From NCBI GenBank assembly GCA_951406725.2, contig OX597840.1, forward strand, positions 40,163,844-40,227,843: a DNA stretch of 64,000 nucleotides, in the 5' to 3' direction. Below, piece by piece: positions 28,526 to 42,664 of the stretch. How positions within the stretch are numbered: the stretch's first letter is position 1; each line of letters starts with the position of its first letter. Below the pieces are notes generated by a model. It ran no database searches and was not told the DNA's origin. It saw only the letters and a program-made list of their open reading frames with translations. The position numbers and the translations under genes were made by a program. The stretch comes from Octopus vulgaris (Eukaryota).

Positions 28526-29105
28526 TACGAGGTCTGATCAATAAGTATCAGGACTGATGCCATAGTAACGAAGCTAAAAAAACGGGGTAAAGCCGCTTGG
28601 CACAGATTTACCTTAACTCTGCTGTGTATGTGAACTAAGTTTCAATGTCCAGGCTCACTTCCGTTGTTTACAGCTGTGCTTGGAAGGAAGGTGTGTAGCG
28701 TGTGATCGTCGCATTGACCATGACAGAGAAAGTTGCCATGGCGATACCTGCTCAGAGGCCTACGCAAAGTTGCAGAAAGTGTATGGAGAGGAGTGCATGA
28801 GCCGCACATAAGTGTACAAATGTTTCAGACGTTTCCAAAATGGCCTAAAAAATGTCGATATTGAAGAACGTTCTGGAAGAACCGCAACCAGCAGAACTGA
28901 GAAAGTATCGCAGATATATATGCAGCTGTGAGGGGAAATCGTCGAATCACCATCCGTGAGTTATCAGAGGATGTGCGGATTAGTCACGGTTCAGTTCAGT
29001 CCATTATCACTGAAGATTTGGGTATGAGACACATGTCTGCCAAATTTGTGCCAAAACTGCTTTCAGCTGACCAAAAAGACACTCGATTTTCAGTTACACA
29101 ATCAT
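28526..29105 (+). mobile_element. mariner transposon 5' fragment (left TIR plus transposase N-terminus pseudogene)
   Basis: TA-CGAGGTCTGATCAATAAGT end; AYAKLQKVYGEECMSRT*VYKCFRRFQNG..ERSGR, NRRITIRELSEDVRISHGSVQSIITEDLGMRHMSAKFVPKLL (HTH plus WVPHEL-like linker). Confidence 0.9.
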
Positions 29106-29106
29106 T

Positions 29107-29825
29107 ATTCTCAATATAAAATTGTGTACATTTAAAGACAAGAGAAACTTACCTTTTAACCAGTAATTTTACACGCTTGAAGAAGCAGTCAAAGCAGTCA
29201 AAACCACATTTAAGAGCAATTTTCGAGGGAAATGAAAAATAAAAACTTCCCTTCGAAAATTGCTCTTAAATGTGGTTTTCGTTGTTTTAACTGCTGCTTC
29301 TAGCGTGTAAAATTACCTGTGAAAAGATAGTTTTCTCTTGTCTTTAAATGTACACTATTTTATATTTGGAATATGTTGTCTATTGACTTTTTATATATGC
29401 TAGGCCACTGGTGGTGAAATTTCTAAAAATATTAGCTACCCTAAATATTTTACGTATATGAGTTTAGCATTTCGAAGACCGGTTCGGCATTTTACATCTA
29501 CGGCCGACTGGAACTGCGCTTGCGCGGTGAATTTGAAAAATTATGACATCTAATGATGTGACACGTGTTATTTGTCTCTAAATTATATGTTTATGTTATG
29601 GCGCGGTTACTGATGAGAATTCGCCAAGCAAATTATTTTATTTGCTAAAAAAAATTGAAACCTAGGTATAACTGTAAAAAAATAACAAGGTAAAAGTTTT
29701 TATTTTTCATTCCTTTCGAAAATTGTTCTTAAATGCGGTTTTGGCCTTTTTGACTGCTTTTTCTAGCGTGTAAAATTACCGGTTAAAGATAGTTTCTCTT
29801 GTGTTTAAAGGTACACTATTATATA
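29107..29825 (+). mobile_element. Penelope-like non-coding element: inverted copy plus two direct repeats around a hammerhead
   Basis: 29107-29231 is inverted relative to 29247-29372, which is repeated directly at ~29710-29825; hammerhead at 29603-29675. Confidence 0.78.
29603..29675 (+). ncRNA. Type-I hammerhead ribozyme motif, intact core
   Basis: GCGGUUA-CUGAUGA-G-AAUU...AGCAAAU/AUUUGCU...AAUU-GAAAC-CUAG-GUA-UAACUGU; 7-bp helix I, palindromic helix III. Confidence 0.75.
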
Positions 29826-29876
29826 TGTATAGTTTTTAATTATTTATGTATTTATTTGTATACATATTTACACATA

Positions 29877-30127
29877 CAGCGTGGTGGTGCAAAAGTAGGT
29901 AAACAATAAGTATCGCATCAATTTAATAATACTTATTTCATTAAAATCATTGCCACATTTAATTAGTTAGTCTCACCTTTTATATTTTCAGTGTCATTAA
30001 TCATAATAGTACATTTATCAGAACTACAATACTTGTATCGTAGATTTTAATTTATTTATTAAAAATAAGTCAGTATTGTGCGTATTTTCTTTCTTCATAA
30101 CTGTTTACCTACTTTTGCACCACCCTG
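29877..30127. mobile_element. Tc1/mariner-type MITE
   Basis: TIRs GGTGGTGCAAAAGTAGGTAAACA / TGTTTACCTACTTTTGCACCACC, CAG...CTG ends in a TA context, AT-rich non-coding interior. Confidence 0.82.
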
Positions 30128-30131
30128 AATA

Positions 30132-30217
<86 letters not shown>

Positions 30218-30349
30218 TATTGATAAAACGGTAAGATAACAAAAGAAAGAAAGAGACCTCAATATTATGTAAATAGAGGAAGACTACCGAGTAATGTAAC
30301 ATATTGTATAGATATATATAAATATATATATATATATATATGTATATAT

Positions 30350-30380
<31 letters not shown>

Positions 30381-30394
30381 GTATATATATATGC

Positions 30395-30448
<54 letters not shown>

Positions 30449-30498
30449 GTATATATATATATGCATATATATATACATATATATATATATTTATATAC

Positions 30499-30531
<33 letters not shown>

Positions 30532-30789
30532 ACAAAATAATAAATAAAACATGTGCATATATACATACATATATGTACGTACCTACATCTATATGTATAT
30601 GTACATGCGTATATGGGCACAGGACACCCAAAAAACGCCGAACACAATGAGAAACGAAAACACAAACACAAAACCAAGGAAATGGACATTTTTTTTAAAC
30701 AACGAAAAAACAGAGTACAAGACATACAAACAAGGAAAATTCCCCTTCTTCAGCCGCCTCCGTTTCGTCTACTCCGCGTTTCTGTTTCA

Positions 30790-30990
30790 ACGAAGTCGTG
30801 TCTCGCCTTTACCTTCACATCCTTTCCACAAGAAGCGGAAGAGATGCGTTCTAGTTTGATGATGGGAGGGTCAGGAAAAGTCACGACGGTCAGGCCGTAG
30901 TAGATGACGGGAGCGATGTACGTGTTCGCCACCTTCATCCGACCTTTTAGGGACAGCTTCCTCTCGGCGCATTGCCGGGCGAGAGTGACA
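30790..30990 (-). mobile_element. L1/Tx1-clade LINE fragment (post-RT region)
   Basis: [40 protein letters not shown] then frameshifted LFRFLWKG, matching the LSxxGR...FLW pattern. Confidence 0.75.
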
Positions 30991-31053
30991 AATAGATAGA
31001 TAGGTAGATATATAGATTGATAGACAGACAGACAAAGAGACAGACAGACAGAC

Positions 31054-31120
<67 letters not shown>

Positions 31121-31125
31121 CAGAC

Positions 31126-31214
<89 letters not shown>

Positions 31215-31356
31215 CATACATACATACATACATACATACATACATACATACATACATGCATACATAGATACATAGATAGATAGATAAGGGAAAAAACATT
31301 TTCGAAAATATTTATTGATTTCTTAGTAAACAATAAGCCTAATCGAAGTAAACATC

Positions 31357-31387
<31 letters not shown>

Positions 31388-31766
31388 ACACACACATATA
31401 TATATACACACACACATATATATATATATACACACACACTATTATATTGTCGCACAGTCATCCACATAATGTACAGTATAGAGCCTACAGACAAATAAAA
31501 ATAATACGAACATCTTCAGTCAATACGAGAAAAAAACATCAGCATGAAAAACTAACTTTAGAAAAAACAGATCGACTTGGAAGAGGAAGCATAATTCTAC
31601 CTGGAAACTAATTGGCCTGAAGGGAAATAAACAAAAAAAGATTGACTTTCTACTTCATATCCAACTTGGAGACACCTAACGAAATATATCGCCATTTACA
31701 TCAACAACAATACTCCTCGACTATGAGATGGTTATCGAGCTGTATACATACACATACATACATACA

Positions 31767-31802
<36 letters not shown>

Positions 31803-31889
31803 TAGATATACACACACACACACACATATATATATATGTATGTATATATACACAGATAACCATACACACCCACATACACACACATATAT

Positions 31890-31940
<51 letters not shown>

Positions 31941-32006
31941 TATATATATACAAATATATATACATATATATATGCATATATACAATACATATACATATAT
32001 ATACAT

Positions 32007-32108
<102 letters not shown>

Positions 32109-32114
32109 TCGATA

Positions 32115-32715
32115 GAACAAGGTGCCATCATTCCATTTTTCTCCTCCTTTGTACGGCCACACCTCGAATACTGCTGTCCCCTGGGTTCTTCCTATAATAC
32201 AAAACAAAACATTTCAGAAGTTGTGTCACTCCAGAGGGCACTCACTATACGAATTAAGGACATGAGTGATCTCGATTACTGGGACCGACATAAAGCCTTG
32301 AAACTCTACTCCCACCGGCGCCGCCGCGAGCGGGACGTCATTTGCACGATGTGGAGTACACATTGCCAGCATTACCCAAACGACCTGAACATCAATTTCA
32401 GAGTTCAACCAAGGCTGGAACAACGGGCTATACGTCCTCTGCCCAATTCAGAATTACAACATACAGGTACACTGCGACACAATTTCTTTTCCTCAACAGG
32501 CCCTGACCTGTTTAACATTATCCCAAAGCTGATCAAAGAGGAAAAGGATCCCATCACCTTTAAAGGGAATACCAGATAAGCCTCCTATACCTAGATACAA
32601 TTTATTCTACGAGAACTCCCTACTTGAATGGACCACAAAACTTGACTGAAAAAGGCTTTAGATAATCCTATCAGCTGGTGCTACTAATTTAGACACGGCC
32701 TGAGCCAATCCTTGA
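32115..32715 (+). mobile_element. CR1-group LINE 3' fragment
   Basis: [12 protein letters not shown]...[34 protein letters not shown]...GPDLFNIIP...IPDKP. Confidence 0.87.
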
Positions 32716-33412
32716 TTTTATATATACATATATATGAATGAGTGAAGTTTTTGATATGCCCATGTGAATGTTTGGACCGTTGATATAACAATGCAAGCTT
32801 TTTCTTTCCATTTATTTTTGCTCTTCTTCTTCTATTCTCTCTTCTTCCTTTCTTTTTTCCTCTTCCATTTATGTACCGCTCTCTTTTTTTTTCTTAAATA
32901 TTTCCCTCCTTTTATGTTTGTATCTTTCCCATTATCTCTCTTAATCTTTTTCTTTTATTATTATATTTTATTACTAGCGTAGATGATTGTGTTTATATCT
33001 CTTCTTATGCAATAAACCTTCATCTCCTTACTTTAAACGTTACACCACTTTTCCCTTGTGTTCACATATATTTTTTACTTACTTATGCTTGTTTCAGCAC
33101 GTTTACTTTACGTCAAACTATTTATTTCTCCTCAGGTTCCGTGTTTCGTTTAGTTGTACTTATTGCTCTCTCCAATACTGCTCAAGCTCTGATTTCTTTT
33201 TTTTTTTTCATACATTTTGCTTTCTTCCTCTGACGACAATTACACCCTCAATGTCTTCCTCAATTGAAACTTGCAATTACACAGTGTACATTTAAATATT
33301 TTCACTTTCTGATGCTCTCACCCACCTTATATGTTTTCATTTTTCTTTATGACTCATCGATATCATTATTTCTACACTCTCCCTCTCTCCCTCTCCCTCT
33401 CTCTCTACGCAT

Positions 33413-33445
<33 letters not shown>

Positions 33446-33488
33446 CATATATAAATGATTTATACCTGCGTTAAACTCCATTTATTTA

Positions 33489-33526
<38 letters not shown>

Positions 33527-33564
33527 CACGCATAGATATATAGATATATACATACAAATATATA

Positions 33565-33619
<55 letters not shown>

Positions 33620-34044
33620 ATTCATGTTATTATGTGTATATATGTATATGTATGTAGTTCACTCATTTTGTCTCTGAGACAGAATGTGCTTTCAAAGTAG
33701 ATAAATTATTTAAATTTAATCTAACCATAATACAAAAAACTAATATTGTATGTATGCATAATGTCACGGACGTAAGCAATCATAAATTTAGTTTTAATTA
33801 TAATGCGAGAAATAATTTAAATGTAAAACAAACGATTTAGCTATGTTGGAATTAGTGTCCAACGCGTTGGGAAACAACAAGACACATTTTCATTATGATG
33901 GAAGCGAACGAGTTTTAATTCGGGATTGACAAATGAGGTGTATGTGATATATTTAATTAATAGATAGATATACAGAGAAGGGGGAGATGGGTAGATAGAT
34001 ACATGCGTACATAGAGAGGGACATACACACATGCATATAGATAG

Positions 34045-34094
<50 letters not shown>

Positions 34095-34267
34095 AGATAG
34101 ATACATACACATATGCATACATGCATACATAGAGAGAGGGGTACATATTGCATAGATAGATAGAGGGATAGATAGACAGACACACGGACAGACAGATGGA
34201 CGGACGGACAGATGGCTGGATGGATAGACAGAGACAGATAAATAGATACATGGATCGATGGAGGGAG

Positions 34268-34358
<91 letters not shown>

Positions 34359-34780
34359 GAGATAGATAGACAGACAGACAGATACTAAAACTGAAATTTT
34401 AAAAAAAGCATATCAGAGTAGATAGGAGCGGGTGTGATTTGTATGATTAATGTAGTGAAACGGAACAAAAATAACGTAAATGAAGTCAGAATGTTATGAT
34501 GGCGACGTTGACAAAGAGCTTAACGTGTGTCAACATTTCGATTACTAAAACGAATTGATATATCAGGAAATTATTATATAATGAAGTATTTAGATTAATG
34601 TTTTTAAAAAATGTTAATATTTATTTTTAGCTGAATACAAGATTCACTCTGTTTGTATCACTCTTTGCGTAACTAATTTCCGTCAGTATGGAAAAGAAAA
34701 AAAATATTTTTTACATGCTTTTGTGTACATATGTATGCACATATACTGAAATGAAAGGATGTGTTTATGTCGTTGTTTAG

Positions 34781-35391
34781 TTTTATTTCAAGATTTCTGG
34801 CCAATAGAGACATAACCGGTTTCTAACCCACATCCAAGCCGCCTTCATTGGAATTTTAGCATCAGCAACAGGATATTTTTGTATGTATGTATATATGTAT
34901 GTATGTATGTGTGTGTGTATGTGTGTGTGTATGAATGTATGTATGTATGTGTGTGTGTATGTATGTATGTATGTATGTGTGTGTTTGTATGTATGTATGT
35001 ATGTGTGTGTGTATGAATGTATGTATGTATGTATGTATGTGTGTATGTGTATGTATGTGTGTATGTATGTATGTATGTATGTATGTATGTATGAATGTAT
35101 GTATGTATGAATGTATGTATGTATGTATGTGTGTATGTATGTATGTATGTATGTATGTATGTATGAATGTATGTATGTATGCATGTGTGTATGTATGTAT
35201 GTATGTATGTATGCATGTGTGTATGTATGTATGTATGTGTGTATGTATGTATGTATGTGTAGGCATGTATGTAGGTATGTCATTGTTCAGTTTTATTTCA
35301 AGAATTCTTGCCAATAGAGAAAGAGCCAGTTTCTAACCTAGATCCAAGGTTCCTTCATTGGAATTTCAGCATCAACAACAGGGTATTTTTT
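34781..35391. repeat. About 100-bp direct repeat (34781-34880, 35291-35391) bracketing a (TATG)n array
   Basis: TTTTATTTCAAGA...GCCAATAGAGA...GTTTCTAACC...TCCAAG...CCTTCATTGGAATTT occurs twice. Confidence 0.85.
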
Positions 35392-35599
35392 ATTTTGTTT
35401 TTTTGGGGGGGCACATAAGATCTGTCTCTCCGTTATTATGACATACAAGTAACCTAGATAAGAACAGACCCCGTTAAAGGGACGTCACACTGTCGCAAGG
35501 CTTTTCATTTACAGCAGGGTGGACTGGAATCACATCTACTGAAGTGTTTGCTCGAACACAAAGGCGTCGGCCAATCTGGGAATCATAACTACAACATTG

Positions 35600-36317
35600 T
35601 TTTCTACTGTAGGCACAAGGCCCGAAATATTTGAGGAGGGGGGCCAGTCGCAACTAGTACTTAATTTATTGACCACAAAAGTTTCTAAACTCAGAACGTA
35701 ACGGCAGACGAAATACCTATTTCTTTACTGCCCACAAGGGGCTAAACACAGAGAGGTCAAACAAGGACAGACAAACAGATTAAATCGACTACATCGACCC
35801 CAGTGCGTAACTGGTGCTTAATTTATCGACCCCGAAAGGATTAAAGGCAAAGTCGACCTCGGCGGAATTTGAACTCAGAACGTAAGCATAAACGAAATAC
35901 CTATTTCTTTACTACCCACAAGGGGCTAAACACAGAGGGGACAAACAAGGACAGACGAACGGATTAACTTGATTATATCGACCCCAGTGCGTAACTGGTA
36001 CTTATTTAATCGACCCCGAAAGGATGAAAGGCAAAGCCGACCTTGGCGAAATTTGAACTCAGAACGTAAGTATAAACGAAATACCTATTACTTTATTACC
36101 CACAAGGGTCCAAACACAGAGGGGACAAACAAGGATAGACAAACGGATTAAGTCGATTACACGACCCCAGTGCGTAACTGGTATTTAATTTATCGACCCC
36201 GAAAGGATGAAAGGCAAAGTCGACCTCGGCGGAATTTGAACTCAGAACTTAACAGCAGACGAAATACCGCTGAGCATTTGGTCCGGGATGCTAACTATTC
36301 TGCCAGCTCGCCGCCTT
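35600..36317 (-). mobile_element. SINE family B concatemer (head, three 184-bp units, final unit with alternative tail)
   Basis: CGAAATACC recurs at 35709, 35893, 36077 and 36260; head GGCGGCGAGCTGGCAGAATAG ends at 36315. Confidence 0.9.
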
Positions 36318-36496
36318 ATCAAAACCTACACCATTATAATACTGATCACAAAACCCTAAGCATCAGACCACACGCCTTTATTTTGTCTGAAACAATCGAC
36401 CCCATGGCGCGAAAGATGCTTTGTGACATTTCCGACGTTAAGGTCGGTGATAGGTTCCTGTTCACATGAAGTCGGGATTGTATTTGCCTTTAATTA

Positions 36497-36605
36497 TTTT
36501 TTTCGGGGGTCGATAAAATATGAATCATTTAAATACAGGGGATGATGTAATAATCGACTTACCTCCTCCGCAGAAAACGCTGGCCTTGTGCCAAAATTTG
36601 AAGTG
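36497..36605 (+). mobile_element. 3' fragment of SINE family B
   Basis: GGGGTCGATAAAAT...AATCGACTTACC...GGCCTTGTGCCAAAATTTGAA. Confidence 0.6.
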
Positions 36606-36795
36606 AATACTAACATATTCTGTTTTTTTTTTTTTCTTTTCAATTCCTCTTTGAATATTTCTGCTGAAATGGAGAGATTTATTTCCACAATTGTACATTT
36701 TAAAATGGGTTTAACAGTTGTAAAAGTAACAGCAATATGCAAAGTACTATGTGTGTGTTTACACATGTGTTTGTTCTTTGTATGTGTGAATATAA

Positions 36796-36850
<55 letters not shown>

Positions 36851-36963
36851 GTATATTCATGTACGTGTTTGATTGTATAGGTATCTGTATCTACTTGCAT
36901 ATGCTTGTGTATGTATGTGTGTGTGTTTAGGTGTGAATATATATATGCATATATTCACACTCG

Positions 36964-37059
<96 letters not shown>

Positions 37060-37366
37060 CGATTGTATATCCATGTACGTGTGTGTGTGGTTGTATATGC
37101 GTGTGTATGTGCTTGCAAATGTTAGTGTGTGTATGTGTGTGGCTGTGCGCACGCGCGCCTTTTTATGTTGCTGAAATAGCGTGACGTATATATATTAACA
37201 AACAGAAAAGGGTGAAAAAAATTAAAAACGAACCTTATCTTTTTATTCCCGTTAATGTTTAGCTTACGCAAGTGTGCAGTGAGATATTTTTTCTAAGAGG
37301 CAGGATAAAAATGTTCGCCAAAATCTACCCTTCATTCCTTATATACCCGACAATATATACAATTTC

Positions 37367-37475
<109 letters not shown>

Positions 37476-37644
37476 GCGTCTGTGTAAGTGTGTACATATC
37501 AGTTCACATATATGTGTGTATGAGTGTGTGTGTGTGTGTGTGTGTGTGTTTACACGTACATATTCATACGTATATGTAAAGTGAGGCAGAGAGGAAGGGA
37601 GATGCTTACATACAATTGCATATATGCAGTTGCGTGTGTATATG

Positions 37645-37676
<32 letters not shown>

Positions 37677-38380
37677 CGCACATACACACATACATACACA
37701 TATAGCCACATAAACTTCAGGTTTTAAAACATACACACATACACATATATACATGCAATATATTTACCTACATACAAGGTGTGTGCATGTGTGTATGTTT
37801 ATATGTCTTTGTGTGATGTGTGTGTATATATTTGAAAAACTTTGTATATATATATGTATATATATACATATATTTATACACACATACATACATATTTAAA
37901 TGTACATATATCTATAAACTGTAGACATCAATACATCACGAATACATGTGTGTGTGTTTTTGTGTGTGTTTTTGTGTGTGTATGTGTGTGTGTGTGTGTG
38001 CTCATGCCAATATGCAAATAGATAGACAGACAGATAAATACCTCCATCATACATGCACTCACTTGCATATATAGCCATATACATTTACACATAATTTTCT
38101 TTTTAAATAATAAAAATTCGCAATAAAGCAACGTGAAAAAAAAAAAAATGGCGACATATTTCGAAATATCATTTTAAAAGTTTTACTGAAAAGTTTCGTG
38201 CGCGTTTCTTTAATGTTCGCCCTTAAATTGTATTTTCAGTTGTTACAGTTGTTGTTTTTCTTTGTGCTGTAAATTTCACTACACAGGATGCAGCTGTGGA
38301 TATGGTTATTAAACTATATATATATTACGTATATACACACATACACACAGAATATACATACATAAATACATACATATATA

Positions 38381-38461
<81 letters not shown>

Positions 38462-38510
38462 TACTTATATATATATATATATATACGCATATATGCATAT
38501 ATATGTACGT

Positions 38511-38559
<49 letters not shown>

Positions 38560-38662
38560 CATATTTGTTTTGCGTTTGCCTTATTGTTTTATCGCATTTA
38601 GCTTCGTCGTATGTAGTTTTATAGTTTCATCAAAATTTGTAATATCCGTTTTTATATTACTG

Positions 38663-38720
<58 letters not shown>

Positions 38721-38841
38721 TATTATTGTTGTTGTTGTTGTTGTTGTGAGTTGTTGTTGTTGTTGTTAGTATTATTTGATGATATATTTTTTTCCATATT
38801 TTAGCATAACTCAAGTATTGCATTTATGCTCATTCACACAT

Positions 38842-38896
<55 letters not shown>

Positions 38897-38917
38897 CATG
38901 CATGCATACATACACAG

Positions 38918-38948
<31 letters not shown>

Positions 38949-39344
38949 CTATATATATATAAGCAGGCACAAACATACATATATATATGCTTTTCTAAAC
39001 ATTTACACACGTATTCATAAACAGATAAAAAAAATATTGGCGCCCATAAAAGCGTATATATTTGTTTATATATGTATGTATATATGACTGTATATTAGTG
39101 CATGTATGCATTTCCATGTAGGAATATCTACGGCAGAAAGTCATTCTATTTTTGTGACTGTGAAAATGGTTATATAAACGTATGTCTATATAAATACGTT
39201 TGTATAAAATACGTTTGTATATAAATTTGAATATAAATACAAATGTATACGCCTATGTGTAGATTATGTTACATTTATACATACCTATATGATACACATA
39301 TAAAATCTATGTGCATTAATGGACCTGTATGTATGTTTATATAC

Positions 39345-39375
<31 letters not shown>

Positions 39376-39389
39376 CATATTTGTACATA

Positions 39390-39455
<66 letters not shown>

Positions 39456-39457
<2 letters not shown>

Positions 39458-39762
39458 GAGGCGCAATGGCCCAGTGGTTAGGGCAGCGGACTCACAGTTT
39501 TAGGATCGCGGTTTCGATTCCCATACCGGGCGTTGTGAGTGTTTATTGAGCGAAAACACCTTAAAGCTCCACGAGGCTCCGGCAGGGGGTGGTGATCCTA
39601 GCTGTACTCTTTCACCACAACTTTCTCTCACTCTTTCTTCTATTGGCCTGCTCGCTTAGTCAGCGGGGTGGCGTCATTCGAAGGCTAAAACAATGCGAAC
39701 GCATTGTGACCAGCGATGTGTAACAACATCTGATGGTCTGGTCGGTCACGTGATCACGTGAT
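39456..39762 (+). mobile_element. tRNA-derived SINE family C, tail type 1
   Basis: A-box TGGCCCAGTGG, B-box-like GGTTTCGATTCCC, body AAAACACC.TAAAGCTCCACGAGGCTCCGGCAG...CACAACTTTCTCTCACTCTT, tail ...GGTCGGTCACGTGATCACGTG. Confidence 0.88.
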
Positions 39763-39999
39763 ATATATATATACATGCATATATGGGTACAGGATGTCAC
39801 CAACGGTGAAAACAACATACACGCAAGATGTAGATAAAAGACGTGGATAGTAATTAAGGGATAGAAACGAGTGACATTCGGAAACAACGAGAGAAAAGGG
39901 AAAACATGACAACTCAATACAGAAAAAGGACCCTTCATCAGTTGTCGGTTGTCGATCTAACCCCCATTTCCTGTATATATTTATATATATATTTATGTA

Positions 40000-40690
40000 T
40001 TTATTTACTTGTTTCGATCATTGGACTTCGACCATGCTGGAGCTCCGCCTTAAAGGGTGTTAATCGAAGAAATCGACCCCATGATATTGCTTCTAATAAA
40101 TCTTGATTTTTATGACTATACCAACTATGATTTCTGTCTGCTCCCTCAGCCCTACCCCTTACAGATACTGCCCCTTTGTCCTCTCAGCCTTGGATAAACA
40201 AGGATTTGATAAACTAGTCTATAAATTAAAATCTGACCCCATAAAAACAAAAAATCAGTAAACAGGCAGAGTCTGTAACAATGTATATCTTCTTGATAAC
40301 TTAGTAACTTCTATGCTGGAGTGAAGACAGCGTGTTCTCTGTCTATATCCTTAACTTCTTGGAAATTTTAGGTATAATTATACTAATGTGTCCATCTGTT
40401 TTAATTGTTTACATTTTATGTCTTTGTGCAGCTGAGGATTGCTCTGCATTTTAACGATCGTACTGCATTACCTCTGGATATCCTTGTTGCTTATTTTGAT
40501 TATATATATATGTATACATAAATACAACGGGCTTCTTTCAGTTTCCATCAATCAAATCCACTCACAACGCTTTGATCGACCCGAGGTTATAGTAGAAGAC
40601 ACTTGCCTAAAGTGTCACGCAGTGGGACTGAGCCCGGAACCATAGGGTTGGGAAGCAAGCTCCTAAACACACAGCCACTCCTGCGCCTAG
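40000..40690 (-). mobile_element. SINE family A in two pieces (tail 40000-40105, head 40525-40690) separated by unrelated sequence
   Basis: Matches to tail and head/core; the two pieces may be independent. Confidence 0.7.
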
Positions 40691-40885
40691 AAATGTATAA
40701 AATTTATTCAGAAAAATTGTATGTCTATGTACATATACGAACGTAAATTCATATTCATGTGTCTATACGTATATCTTTGTCTGTGTGCAAGCACATATTA
40801 TAATATTATTATAGTATTGTATATAAATTATATGATATTATATTAAATATCAAATGATTCATAGTATATATAACTTAGTAAAATA

Positions 40886-41154
40886 TTGTTGTTGTTTGTT
40901 CCTTCTCGAGCCATGCCTGGCTCATAAAGGCCGGTTTCCTGGTTAGGTTCCCCATCTGGATGGGACCCCGTCGCAGGTGAGCCACAAGATGCAGGAGGAA
41001 AGAGTGGGAGAAAGTTGTGGCGAAAGAGTCAGAGTTGTGCCGAAGCCGCGTGGAGTTTAGGTGTTTCTCTCATAAAGACACACATCGCCCGGTCTGAGAT
41101 TCGAACCACCGATCCGTCGCCCGCTGCTCTAACCACTAGGCCATGTGCCTCCAC
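40886..41154 (-). mobile_element. SINE family C, tail type 3 (V/Meta-domain-like), with TSD
   Basis: Head GTGGAGGCACATGGCCTAGTGGTTAGAGC; tail CCTGCGACGGGGTCCCATCCAGATGGGGAACC..GAAACCGG..(AAC)n; GTAAAATAT on both flanks (40878, 41157). Confidence 0.8.
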
Positions 41155-41674
41155 TCGTAAAATATAAAATATTTATTTATACATAAATATAGGGGTGGGG
41201 CGCTTAGGGTAATTTATAGCCATGAGAACCTCTCTTGTGGACATTTAGAATTCGAAACTACATATGTCTTACAAGGCTGATTAATTTACCCCCGCTGTGT
41301 ATACTTTTCCCCCTTATACACGGTTTGCTTCAATATTCGCTGTTTATATATACCTTGTGTTACTTAAATATTATTGTTTTCGTATGTAAAATGAATATTG
41401 TTTTGTTTTTGTGTTTGTTTCTTGTTTCTTTCGTTGTTTACTTCTTCGTAGATATATACTGAAGAAAGATAATATTTATGTATTTGCATATACAAACACA
41501 TACAGTTATATGTTCATGCGCATGCACACACACACTCACTCACGCACAAACACATACACACACACACACATATTTAAATATTTAATATTTATATAAATAT
41601 TTTGCTGTGTTTAATTTTTGTCATTACACGCCTCTTCCTAATGATTCGCGTATGTTTATATATTTATTAGTAAC

Positions 41675-41707
<33 letters not shown>

Positions 41708-42611
41708 ATGTGTGTGTGTGTGTGCTTGTATGTGTGTGTATGTAAATATACATATATATATGTATGTATAAATATATATATATATATAATATATATGTAT
41801 GTATAATTGTATTATAAATATATATATATGTATATATATATGTATATATATGTGTATATATATATGTATATATATATACATATATGTATATGTGTATATA
41901 TATATATATACACAAGCATACATATATATGTATATATATCTGTGTGTTTGTGCATACAAACACATACACAAACAATCTAATGTTTGCTTTGTGGATATGT
42001 ATATATGTATATATATATATATATATACATACATACTTACATATATTTAAATACATACATATATATATGTATGTATGTATATATATATATATACATATAT
42101 ATATATTTATATATATATATAAATATATATATATATGTATGTATGTATGTATATTTAAATATACACACATACACACACACACGTACACTTCCGGATTTAA
42201 TTTTTATTAGATTCTTGTTTATATTTCATGTTTCATTACATTTATCTTCTTGGATATTTTTTTCTATTCATATCTTATTTTTATGCAAAAAATAACATTA
42301 AAGACACAAAATATAATCTATACAGTAAACATATCATCGATTTTATTAATATTATTTAGTTTGGTTTCGTTTGGTTCTTCTCCAATTTTCTTCATGTATT
42401 TCTCGTATAATATTTGCCTTCCTTTAACTATTCTCTTATTCTGGCTTACTTTCACTCATTCGCTTATTCGTTTGTTCTCCTATGCTCTTATTCTCCTATT
42501 CTCACTCGCTCCGTTCTTATCACATTCTATATATTGTATTAATTATATCCTAATAGAGTATTCGTTTGGAACACACTTTCTCACTCACACACAAACACAA
42601 ACATTTATGTG

Positions 42612-42659
<48 letters not shown>

Positions 42660-42664
<5 letters not shown>

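Noticed and set aside
31500-31740. Possible APE endonuclease remnant upstream of the CR1 fragment
   Set aside because: Only faint TDR and IYR words; too degraded to support.
38145-38156. AAAATGGCG YY1-like motif as a promoter (also near 59636)
   Set aside because: Short motif expected by chance; no CpG island or downstream gene evidence.
39456-39530. tRNA gene (also other SINE heads)
   Set aside because: A/B boxes run straight into SINE bodies found in several copies; no complete cloverleaf or terminator.
39935-39960. CUGAUGA words here and near 3152(-) and 57171(+)
   Set aside because: No correctly placed GAAA, helix III or NUH; not counted as hammerheads.
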